Shown here: in pieces, positions 22,467 through 31,653 of the stretch
Layout: each line of letters begins with the position of its first letter
How positions within the stretch are numbered: the first letter of the stretch is position 1
Program-made: the position numbers and the translations under genes
Notes under the pieces: model-generated
What the model was told of the DNA's origin: nothing
Seen by the model: only the letters and a program-made list of their open reading frames with translations
The model's database searches: none
NCBI GenBank assembly: GCA_040182905.1
Contig: JARQWU010000046.1
Location: 1 to 49,017 of the forward strand
From: Barthelona sp. PAP020
Taxonomy: Eukaryota
Direction of reading: 5' to 3'
DNA length: 49,017 bases

Positions 22467-24275
22467 CTAGACAAATGCTACTGTTTCTCTTGTATGTTTA
22501 TGATTATTCTTTGCGTATTCTTCACTGTGCTTCTTTAATTTTAAACGTGTAAGATGTCTTGTGGCCAAATCAACTAAATTAGTGCTCAATGAAGTTGTTG
22601 TATGAGCTACATTTGCTAAAGTTCTCAATTCCATCTTGTGATTCACCATTATAGCCAATTCTGCAATTAATTCAGATGCCTTTTCATGAATAATAGTTAC
22701 ACCCAATAGTTCTTCTGATTCACTTTTTAATAGAATCTTGATATAACCATCACTCATTCCTTCCATCAATGCTCTTGTGTTTGAAGCAAAATCTGTGATT
22801 ATCACATCATATGGTATTTCATCTTTCTTTAATTGTTGTTCTGTTAAGCCAACACAAGCTACTGCAGGGCTGGTGTTGCATGTTTTCGTGATATATTCTG
22901 GAATTTGACATACAGTTTTTGCACGAGAATCTTGTGCTGCAGCTCTAGCGTAGTCTTTTGTTAAAGATCCCAACGCATGACAGCAATCAGCACAATCTCC
23001 AACGGCATAAATTCTTTTATTTGTTGTTTTTCCATTATTTTTGCATACAATGTGTTTGTTATGAACATCCACATCAGCTAATTCTAAACCAAGATTGGAA
23101 GTATTTGGATTGTTTCCACATGACAAAAATATCATGTCTGTGCGAATCACATCATTAGATTTCAAGTTCAAAATACATTCTCCAGCTTCATTATCAATTG
23201 ACACGATTTCTTGATTGAAATGAAATTTTACCCCTAGCTCCATCAAAAGGTTATAAACAAACTTGCTGGCGTCTTTATCAAAGCTGTTTAAGATTCTATC
23301 TTGTTTTTCAATGATTATAATTTGACTACCAAATCTGGCTAAAGCTTCAGCAAATTCCAATCCTGTTAATCCTGCACCCAAAAATGCAATTCTCTTCGGT
23401 AGAACTTCTAAATTCCAAAAGGATTGATAGGTTACAAATCCAGAAGATAACAATCCCGGAATATCCGGAATGAATGGTGATGATCCAGTACAGATGAATG
23501 CATGTTCAAATTTGATGACCTTATCTTGAAAGGAAAATTCTTTCTTGCTGACGAATTTTCCCTCTCCAAAAATGAGATGCAATCCCCTTGCCACCAACGT
23601 TTCAAGAGAATATTGACGACTAATTTCAGCTCTCTTCATCCGAATGATGTTCATAACTGTACTGAAATCTTCCTCTTGAATTTTCTCAGTTTCAATCCCG
23701 AACTTTTGACATTGACTTATAAAACGATCAGTTTTACTATATTTTGAGAAAGTTTTGGTTGGAAAAACATTTGACAGAAAATTGTTTCCTCCAATGAAAT
23801 TCTTTTCGATCAGCAGTATTTTATGATCAAAAGAGCACAAATATTCTGCAATTTCTAATCCAGCTAATCCGCCACCAATGATAATAGCATGATATTTGGG
23901 TAATAATTCTGTTTCAATAAATTTTTCAGGTCTTAGATTATCTCCCGTTTCAATATCCCATCTATTGTTGCTGAGCATTGGAATAGCCTCAATCTGCTCA
24001 AATTCACTGGCAAAAGATATCTTTTCCCTCTGATTTTGTTTTGATAGAGGTGGTGTTGGGATGTTGTGATTATCATCTGTTGATTCATGCACCCCAAATA
24101 ATCTGTTTGCAACAGCCAAATTTTTATATTTATCTTTTTCATTTATTGGAGGAGGCAATTTTTGGTTAGTTTCTTTTTGAACATCATTAGGTGTTTCGTC
24201 AATCTGTTTTATTTCGGTCTTTGGAGTTTCAAATTCATCATCATCTTCACTGCTTGTGTACCAATTTTCTTCCAT
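22467..24275 (-). CDS. Class-I pyridine nucleotide-disulfide oxidoreductase fold (dihydrolipoamide dehydrogenase/mercuric reductase family), redox Cys pair absent
   Basis: IIGGGLAG (FAD), ICTGSSP, LGAGLTGLEFA (NAD), IYAVGDC, VACVGLTE, C-terminal dimerisation domain; ~120-aa acidic N-terminal extension. Confidence 0.88.
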   Translation of the reverse strand: MEENWYTSSEDDDEFETPKTEIKQIDETPNDVQKETNQKLPPPINEKDKYKNLAVANRLFGVHESTDDNHNIPTPPLSKQNQREKISFASEFEQIEAIPMLSNNRWDIETGDNLRPEKFIETELLPKYHAIIIGGGLAGLEIAEYLCSFDHKILLIEKNFIGGNNFLSNVFPTKTFSKYSKTDRFISQCQKFGIETEKIQEEDFSTVMNIIRMKRAEISRQYSLETLVARGLHLIFGEGKFVSKKEFSFQDKVIKFEHAFICTGSSPFIPDIPGLLSSGFVTYQSFWNLEVLPKRIAFLGAGLTGLEFAEALARFGSQIIIIEKQDRILNSFDKDASKFVYNLLMELGVKFHFNQEIVSIDNEAGECILNLKSNDVIRTDMIFLSCGNNPNTSNLGLELADVDVHNKHIVCKNNGKTTNKRIYAVGDCADCCHALGSLTKDYARAAAQDSRAKTVCQIPEYITKTCNTSPAVACVGLTEQQLKKDEIPYDVIITDFASNTRALMEGMSDGYIKILLKSESEELLGVTIIHEKASELIAELAIMVNHKMELRTLANVAHTTTSLSTNLVDLATRHLTRLKLKKHSEEYAKNNHKHTRETVAFV

Positions 24276-24907
24276 TTTAATTTTCTAACACGCTTGATAA
24301 AAAAAATTTGTTTCAATTCATCAAGGATCAAATGATGATGTGCAGAATACAGACTTGATTTGCTTGTCTACAGTAAAATTCTAAGTTATTGAGATTGCAC
24401 CTCTTTTGTCTCATTTCTTCACTAACAAAAGGAATGTACAAAAAGAAAGTGCCTTTCATAAAATAATGGGAAGAGGAAAAATTTAATTGTTGATGAAATA
24501 TGAAGATATTGAATGTTTTTGGGATGTTCAGAAGTTATGATGAATTACTTTTGAAGGATAAACAATAATTTTATTGAATTTTTTTTTTGTAACAATTTAT
24601 CTTTTGAATTTCAATGATGTAACCAATATATCAGAACCAGAAGGCGATTTACTTTTTTTAGACACATATATTAATCCCAACACACGTTATAAACCAAAAT
24701 ACGATTCAACCAAACGCAAAAATACATTTGAGGATGTTATAATCGAGCAAAAAGATTGATGGAGAATTCTCATTATGGAACTGGTTTATATGGATCAAAT
24801 CGGCTTGAATTAAATAACAATCCGGAATTTAACGCATTGGATAAAAATAATAAATGAAAGTTGTAGTCTTTGTATAAACATATTATAATTTATTGTTATT
24901 TCAAAGA

Positions 24908-25471
24908 TTAAGATGAGATTAACTCAACCAATTTCTTTGTGGCATTACCTCTATGAGAAATTGCATGCTTTTCATGACTTTCCATCTCTGCATAAGTTTT
25001 GTCAAAACCTTTGGGTTGGAAAATAGGATCCCAACCAAAATAATCTCCCCTTGGTTCAACAATAGTACCATCACATGTACCTGAAAAGATATGATCATTT
25101 TCACCATCAAAATAACCAATGGAACAACGAGCAGTTGCATTGAAATTATTGTGCCCAATTAAACTTTTATAAAGACCTTCTCGGCCACAACTTTTCAAAA
25201 ACCACTTGATAAATGGTCCTGGTAATCCTCCCATAGCTTCAAATTCTAAAGAAGTGTCATCAACAAAACATGGTCCATCCCAATTATTCATTTTTAATGC
25301 TTCTTTAGCTGCTTCAAGTTTTTTTTCTGTGACTTCTTCGGCAGTTGCAGCTTGAAATTCAGGCAAATCAATATCGAATTGAACTAATTTAACATTTTCA
25401 ACCATAACTTCTTGAAATTCCCTGACTTTGTTTGCATTTCCACTGACTATAGCGATTTCTATTGTTTTCAT
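24908..25471 (-). CDS. ITPA: Inosine triphosphate pyrophosphatase (HAM1 family)
   Basis: SGNANKVRE, DLPEFQ, VDDTSL..AMGGLPGPFIKWF, FGWDPIF, KHAISHR; ATG 25471 follows a T8 tract. Confidence 0.95.
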   Translation of the reverse strand: MKTIEIAIVSGNANKVREFQEVMVENVKLVQFDIDLPEFQAATAEEVTEKKLEAAKEALKMNNWDGPCFVDDTSLEFEAMGGLPGPFIKWFLKSCGREGLYKSLIGHNNFNATARCSIGYFDGENDHIFSGTCDGTIVEPRGDYFGWDPIFQPKGFDKTYAEMESHEKHAISHRGNATKKLVELISS

Positions 25472-25787
25472 GTTGATGAATTGAAAAAAAAGAGAGTTTT
25501 TCAATTCATCACTCATTCTTTCCAAAATGAATTTATTTACTTCTCACTTTTTCTTGATAAATTTGTGCTGATGATGTTACTCATTCTTATTTTTTAACTT
25601 TTACAAATAACCCACAAGAAATTATGAGGATTAAGGAAAAATATTGCAACATTGAAAGGCTTCTAAAAGGTCAAAAGTAAAGCATAAATAAAAAAAAAAG
25701 AAACCTCATGCAAAAATAAAGAGATATACGAGTTTTAAATTCGGTAACCAAAACAAAAATAAAAATGAACAATATACATTTTATCTG

Positions 25788-28700
25788 TTAAAATTGACTC
25801 AACAAATCATTAACGGCTACCTTATTTTGAATTGTTTGATCATACCAAGCCAAAAATGTCTTATCAATCATTGTAAAAATTCTTTTTGAATGCATAATTT
25901 TTGCAATTTTTGAAACATAGGTTACATGATGCCAAGATCTCAAAGCTACTCCAGCTCTATCTCTTCTTCGTTTATCTGCCATTTTATGTGCTTCCTCTAA
26001 GACTTTAGAACGATGTTTTTTGACTTCTTTTGTCCAATTATACCAAATTAAGAAAGCCTCAACATTTCTGTCTCTTGAATTTTGAAAGACCATGTAATGC
26101 CAATTATTGAAAACTCCATTCAAAATATGTGACCTTTTAAAGTGATTTGCAACGTCTTGAATTCTTTTTGCGAGTTTTAAAGAATCTTTATAATTTTTCC
26201 ATTGGATTAAAGTGTGTTTAAAAACTATTTTTTCAACTTTCTGACATTTCACAAATAATTTCCAATTGTTCACCCAAATCTTCTTTTGATATAACAGATA
26301 ATAACTTTTGACTTCCTTTTCTTGATCAATATTAATCTGAGAATGTTTATAAATATTTCTCAAATAAATGAAACAAATTCTTTTCAAAAAAATATTTTTT
26401 GCCTGCATAAGTTTGGTGAAAAAATTCCAAGAATTAAATACAGTTTTCTTTTTATATAGCATTAAATGACTGTTACTGTTATTAATATTATCAAAAGATA
26501 ATTTCCAAATATTAAAAATTTTGGTCAATTGAAATTTATTTGCAATTGCAATTTGATTTTCAATAGTTTGACAATTTTTCCAACTTTTCCAAGCATTTTT
26601 TAAAGTAAATATATCAATAAATTGATCTAATTGTTGATTTTTAGAAGACATTGTTTTTGAAAATTTATAAAGGAAAGCATTGACTTTGAACAAGTGAAAG
26701 TACTTTTTTAAACACATTCTACGATGATATAACTCATTCCAATTGGAAAATTGAATTTGTAAAATATCTTTTTCAAAATTTGTTTGAAACTTATCCAAAA
26801 TTCTACTTTCTTCCGAAATTTCTTGTTTTACAGCATTTCTCCAATTGATTAAGACATTTCTGAGATTTATTCTTCTATTTGCAGATTGAATTTTTTCTTG
26901 TTTTCTTAAAACGTCAAGATTTTGATACCAGTTGGCAAAATAATCATTTTTCTGATTCAACAAGTACTGTAAATATCTCTCTTGCAAAATACTGGTCTTC
27001 TTTGACGCAATAAAGGCATTAACCCAACAAGAAAAACTGTGGTCCTTTTGAAAATTAACAACCTTCATTTCATACATGTTTTCTCTCCATTTGAATAATA
27101 TTTCATCAATATTTGGACAAATGAGTTGATATAAGAACCTTCTAACGATGGGATTCTTGACTAAATTCGAATATCGAGTCAAATCTCTATGTGAAGTCTT
27201 CCATGTGTGAAACGCCTCCTTAACAGTGTAATACTTAAAGTTGTTTTCAATCAATTTTCTATTTTTAGAAAGCAAAAATGCTTTTTGAAATTTTTGAAGA
27301 ACAAATAGCTTTTGAGCCTTAATTTTTTCTCTGTTTTCAACCTTTGTTTGCCAAATCATAAAGTGTTCATTCTTTATCTTCAAATTTCTTTCTTTAACAA
27401 ATTCTTCAACAAACATTGAGGCATGGAACACAATACGATATTGATTCATCCACATGTTAAAAACCTTTTCCAATAACATTGTGTTGGCATACTTTTCCAG
27501 TTGATTTTTTCTAAACCTAGTCTGATAAGCAATATTATACCACTTTTCAAAAGCTTTCTGTTGACTGTTATTAACAAAGAAAGTCAATGCTATTTTCAAA
27601 TTACTTACATAGGTTCTGGTTTGTTTATAAGTAATGTGCCATCTTCTTAACATTATTTTATTCTGTTCTAATGCAAATACTTTCTTTTTTTCATCAATGA
27701 TAGAAGAAGACTCTTGAGAAAAATTAAACCATGAATGAAGCATAGTTCTGAGGATGGCTTTCCGAATATTTTCTCTTTTGGCATCTCTTTCTTGTAATAA
27801 AGTTCTCCAAAGAAGAAATCGTCGATTTATCATCACCAGATGCAATTTATGGACGGTAGAAGCTATTTTATATGCTTCAAACCATCTGTTAAAGAGTAAA
27901 CCTGATCTCTTCTTCTCAGCACTTAGTATTCGACTTTCCAATTCATTTCTATGAGTCAAACTACCAATTGTAAGTTTATGCCACTTATTAAAGAAATATG
28001 TAGCTTTTATTTCATAAAAAACAGCTTTCAATTTGTATTCAGCTAACCTATGACTGGTTTCTCGAGAAAACATGGATAAAATATGATTGAAGACCTTTCG
28101 TTTCATGTGCAATTTTATGAATTCCTCATAGCGTTCCTGTAGCATTTCCCTTTTATTCACAATTAATTCTCTCCATTGTGTCAAATAGCGAGTAAAGCTG
28201 ATACATTGAATCTGAATATTAATATATTGTTCTTTCTTTATTTCATGGAATTTATTCGAAAAATGTTTAAATGCTTCCCTCAAAATGATCTTACTTCCCA
28301 ACCTTTCCGCAATAACATTTTTTTTGGTAAAAACTTCGAGCATAAAATGCCATCGTTTAAAATAGGACCCCAATAATATTGTTTTTGTGCCTTCTTCAGC
28401 CTGTACAATAGCATCTTCAGTTAAAGCGTGTTTTACTCTCACTCTTTTAAAAGCTAACATCCCCCAATGTAAAAATAACTTTCTGATCATCGTATTGTCA
28501 TCAATATTGTTATCATGTTGAAAATATGGGGTTCCTCTTGGAGTTTGAAGTAAAATATTTGTGCGAATCGAATTAATCTGTTGTGTAGGTATAGATCCCC
28601 TTCTTAAAAATACTTGTGTCTGGATATTATCAGTGTATTGTCCAGACATACCAATGTTGGTTCGAAGTCCAGACTTTGGTCGTATTTGAGTGTCATTCGG

Positions 28701-29756
28701 TGCTATTAGATCAATAGAAGGAACAAGCAACTTAACAATCATAAACTGAAGCAAATTATAATTTGTGTAGCAAAAGTATCTGATTCTCCAACGATTAAAT
28801 GATGTCCTCAACAAATGCAGATATCCAAACTCATTACATAAATCATCGAGTCTTACTAACCGTTCATACGGTGGCACACACTTTTTCCAAATATTAAATA
28901 TCTTTCTTTTTATCTTTGTTTCTCTATTTTTCTTAAAATTATCTCCTAACTGTCGTTTACTAATGGCTTCATCCTTCCAACATTGAAAAGTCCGTCTAAC
29001 AGTTACTTTTGTTTCTCCATCAAGAAGGTTAAATGAAAAAGTAGTCAAAGTAAAGTCCTTCTTCCCATACTTCTTTGAAAGCTCCTCAATTGAATTAATT
29101 CCTGATAATTTATCTTTTGTAACATCAGTCCTTGCAACTTTGCTATTCATCGGCTCTTCTTTATGCTTTTCTTCCAAAATAGCAGTGTGCAACTTCCCAA
29201 AATGAACATCCATTTTGGGACTGACATGTACAGGTGCAGTCTCAGCATAAAACTCCCTATTTCGACGTCCTGTATACTCATTAAAGTTCTTTATTCCTGG
29301 AGTTTGATAGGGATCAGAACGACTGTTTGGACGCCATTTAGTTAAACACAAACGGAGGAGTCTTTGAACATACCATTCAGTTGCAGCCACTTTTCCTTCA
29401 ATTCTAACTTTGGCCAATTTAATTTTTTTGTGCCAATCTTGCTCTGGATTTCTATCAAGTAATAGTATTAACCTGTAATAAAAAGTATCTCCCAATTGAT
29501 CATATCCACGTTTATCGAAAGTATTTTGATAGGCTCTAAGAATATGTTTCAATTCCAACTCAGTGGAAGATAAATTGTACAAATACATCGCATTTTCAAC
29601 AATTTCATGCAAAAATTTACTTGATCGAAAAGGTATATTACCTCTGTATTGTGATTTTCGTAATGAATCAATATGTGGTGTTGTTTCATATACAGTTCGA
29701 ACAAAACCTAAATGTGGTGTTTTTAAAACATCAACTCCAGACATATCACTGTTCAT
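25788..29756 (-). CDS. Sfi1-like centrin-binding repeat protein
   Basis: 1322 aa with many periodic F/L..W-K/R repeats (KIFNIWKK, SFNRWRI, YFKRWHF, KAFEKWY...); N-terminal DTFYYRLILLL. Confidence 0.8.
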   Translation of the reverse strand: MNSDMSGVDVLKTPHLGFVRTVYETTPHIDSLRKSQYRGNIPFRSSKFLHEIVENAMYLYNLSSTELELKHILRAYQNTFDKRGYDQLGDTFYYRLILLLDRNPEQDWHKKIKLAKVRIEGKVAATEWYVQRLLRLCLTKWRPNSRSDPYQTPGIKNFNEYTGRRNREFYAETAPVHVSPKMDVHFGKLHTAILEEKHKEEPMNSKVARTDVTKDKLSGINSIEELSKKYGKKDFTLTTFSFNLLDGETKVTVRRTFQCWKDEAISKRQLGDNFKKNRETKIKRKIFNIWKKCVPPYERLVRLDDLCNEFGYLHLLRTSFNRWRIRYFCYTNYNLLQFMIVKLLVPSIDLIAPNDTQIRPKSGLRTNIGMSGQYTDNIQTQVFLRRGSIPTQQINSIRTNILLQTPRGTPYFQHDNNIDDNTMIRKLFLHWGMLAFKRVRVKHALTEDAIVQAEEGTKTILLGSYFKRWHFMLEVFTKKNVIAERLGSKIILREAFKHFSNKFHEIKKEQYINIQIQCISFTRYLTQWRELIVNKREMLQERYEEFIKLHMKRKVFNHILSMFSRETSHRLAEYKLKAVFYEIKATYFFNKWHKLTIGSLTHRNELESRILSAEKKRSGLLFNRWFEAYKIASTVHKLHLVMINRRFLLWRTLLQERDAKRENIRKAILRTMLHSWFNFSQESSSIIDEKKKVFALEQNKIMLRRWHITYKQTRTYVSNLKIALTFFVNNSQQKAFEKWYNIAYQTRFRKNQLEKYANTMLLEKVFNMWMNQYRIVFHASMFVEEFVKERNLKIKNEHFMIWQTKVENREKIKAQKLFVLQKFQKAFLLSKNRKLIENNFKYYTVKEAFHTWKTSHRDLTRYSNLVKNPIVRRFLYQLICPNIDEILFKWRENMYEMKVVNFQKDHSFSCWVNAFIASKKTSILQERYLQYLLNQKNDYFANWYQNLDVLRKQEKIQSANRRINLRNVLINWRNAVKQEISEESRILDKFQTNFEKDILQIQFSNWNELYHRRMCLKKYFHLFKVNAFLYKFSKTMSSKNQQLDQFIDIFTLKNAWKSWKNCQTIENQIAIANKFQLTKIFNIWKLSFDNINNSNSHLMLYKKKTVFNSWNFFTKLMQAKNIFLKRICFIYLRNIYKHSQINIDQEKEVKSYYLLYQKKIWVNNWKLFVKCQKVEKIVFKHTLIQWKNYKDSLKLAKRIQDVANHFKRSHILNGVFNNWHYMVFQNSRDRNVEAFLIWYNWTKEVKKHRSKVLEEAHKMADKRRRDRAGVALRSWHHVTYVSKIAKIMHSKRIFTMIDKTFLAWYDQTIQNKVAVNDLLSQF

Positions 29757-29917
29757 TCATGAATATTTAACTGTTTTAATTGAAAAAACAAATTCAACTT
29801 TCTTTTCAAGGTGCCTTTTTTTTTTTATTGTTACATTATAATTATAAAATGTTTTTGTTCATAAAAAATGAAAAAAAAGAAAATTGCAATTGAAATAAAA
29901 AACATATTTTTCCTATC

Positions 29918-31474
29918 ATGTTTTCACATCTTAAACAATTTCAAAACGAATCAATACTTCAAGTATTGGAAATAAGTGTGAAGGATATTGACAATTCTTT
30001 TGCTGTATTAGCATCAAAATGGAAATCTATTGATTTATATGCGCATGGTTTGGATTCAGAGTTAAGATATGCTTCAATACCTCATTACTCGTCAACAATG
30101 ATGTTGAACGATTTTTTGCAAACTTGTTTAAAGTTCTTCAATTCATTGAGACGGAATTACGATTATAATGTTGAAGAAAGGCCAATAGATTATGTTAGAA
30201 GAAAATTTGAAAGAAACTGTAGTTTTCTTTTGAAATACTTTGGAACTGTGAAAGTACTGAGTAATATCGCTCATGTTGTGAAACAGTCTTTCAGTTCACT
30301 TGACGTTGACTCTACATTTGATTCAATAATCGATCATCTCATTGAATCTACAGAAGAAATAATAAATAATTACATTACTGTTCCAAACAATTCTATTCGT
30401 GATAAAATATCCCAAGTTTTTAGTAATCAAGAGGTTCTTGTTGTGTATGGTTATTCAAAATTAATCCAAAATATTATTATTGAATTTGTTGGTGGAGATG
30501 ACGAGCTTGAAGACCTAACAGTTTGTAGTGATTCAGTTTTAGCTCTAGATATTGCATCTGTTGAAATTCGTGCCGGAGAATCAAGTGAAGGAATTACACC
30601 ACCTCCATTTGATCCTTCACCACCACCTATGTTTATCCGCTCAAGTCCTCATCGAATGTTTGGTGCAAGAGCATTTGGAGCCCCTGAATTACATAGATCA
30701 ACTTCAGCACTCCCAACATTACCGGTTTCTAATGTCAATAAGAAATCGTTAACTGTTATAGTCGTTGATGATAGACCTAATTCTGCAGGTAGTGTGATGT
30801 TAAAGGAATTGCGACAAAGATCAAAAAAGATTAAATTAGTTTATACCCTTTTGAGTGGACTCAGTTACATATTTCCAAAAATCCCAACAAAAACCTTGTT
30901 GGAAGCAGAACATGTATTGTCTAATGGAGCTGTTGCTGTTGCACAAGGAGCAGATGCAGTGGCTATGGTATCGAAAGCTCATAATGTTCCAACCATTGTG
31001 ATATGCCCCTCTATCAAGTTTTGTTCTCATAGTCAAGTGGATGTTTTTGTTGAAAATTGTCCAAAAAATCCTGAAAGAATGATTAAAGAGTCGTGTGAAG
31101 ATGAAAAGAGGATTCGCCAAGAAAAACTTCATTCAAATAAAAAAGATTCGTCAAAAGACAGCAGAGTTATTTCTTTACCTGATTCTTGTTTACCGCAATG
31201 GAACCATGCTTTTTCAAAGGAATTTACAGAACAACAGGGCAAACAGGTTTTAATCTTGAACAGGTCTTCTTGTGATAAGACATCTGTTGATTCCACTCAA
31301 ACTTCACAAACTAGTGAGTCATTGCCAAGAAACACCAAAATTGTTAATCAAAGGTTTGGCTATATAGCTTCCAAAAATGTATCGGTTCTTTTATCAGAGT
31401 TAGGTTTGTTGCCAATCACTTCAGTACCTTTTGTTATCACAGAACGTGATTCAAGACTTTATAAAAAAATGTGA
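29918..31474 (+). CDS. EIF2B4: Translation initiation factor eIF2B delta subunit
   Basis: VVYGYSKLI, VIVVDDRP..AG, HVLSNGAV...GADAVAMVSKAHNVPTIVIC.SIKF, SELGLLPITSVP. Confidence 0.82.
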   Translation: MFSHLKQFQNESILQVLEISVKDIDNSFAVLASKWKSIDLYAHGLDSELRYASIPHYSSTMMLNDFLQTCLKFFNSLRRNYDYNVEERPIDYVRRKFERNCSFLLKYFGTVKVLSNIAHVVKQSFSSLDVDSTFDSIIDHLIESTEEIINNYITVPNNSIRDKISQVFSNQEVLVVYGYSKLIQNIIIEFVGGDDELEDLTVCSDSVLALDIASVEIRAGESSEGITPPPFDPSPPPMFIRSSPHRMFGARAFGAPELHRSTSALPTLPVSNVNKKSLTVIVVDDRPNSAGSVMLKELRQRSKKIKLVYTLLSGLSYIFPKIPTKTLLEAEHVLSNGAVAVAQGADAVAMVSKAHNVPTIVICPSIKFCSHSQVDVFVENCPKNPERMIKESCEDEKRIRQEKLHSNKKDSSKDSRVISLPDSCLPQWNHAFSKEFTEQQGKQVLILNRSSCDKTSVDSTQTSQTSESLPRNTKIVNQRFGYIASKNVSVLLSELGLLPITSVPFVITERDSRLYKKM

Positions 31475-31653
31475 TTTTATTTTTGTTTACAATTTCAACC
31501 AATGGAAAATTAAAAATTTTAATTCATTTACAATCATTTTGGTGATAAGTTTATAGGAAATAAAAAATATATGGTTGATAAATGCAAACAAATTAGAAAC
31601 GCACATTTTTTTTCAAAAATCCTTTTTATGAAAACAGAATATTATTGTTGAAT

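Noticed and set aside
24619..24661. Possible intron GTAACC...TTTTTAG after ATG 24614, and a possible Sec codon (I-TGA-GC) near 24729
   Set aside because: Splicing gives a stop after 5 codons and there is no CTAA-N5-AG; the TGA frame is closed by an upstream TAA and has no start.
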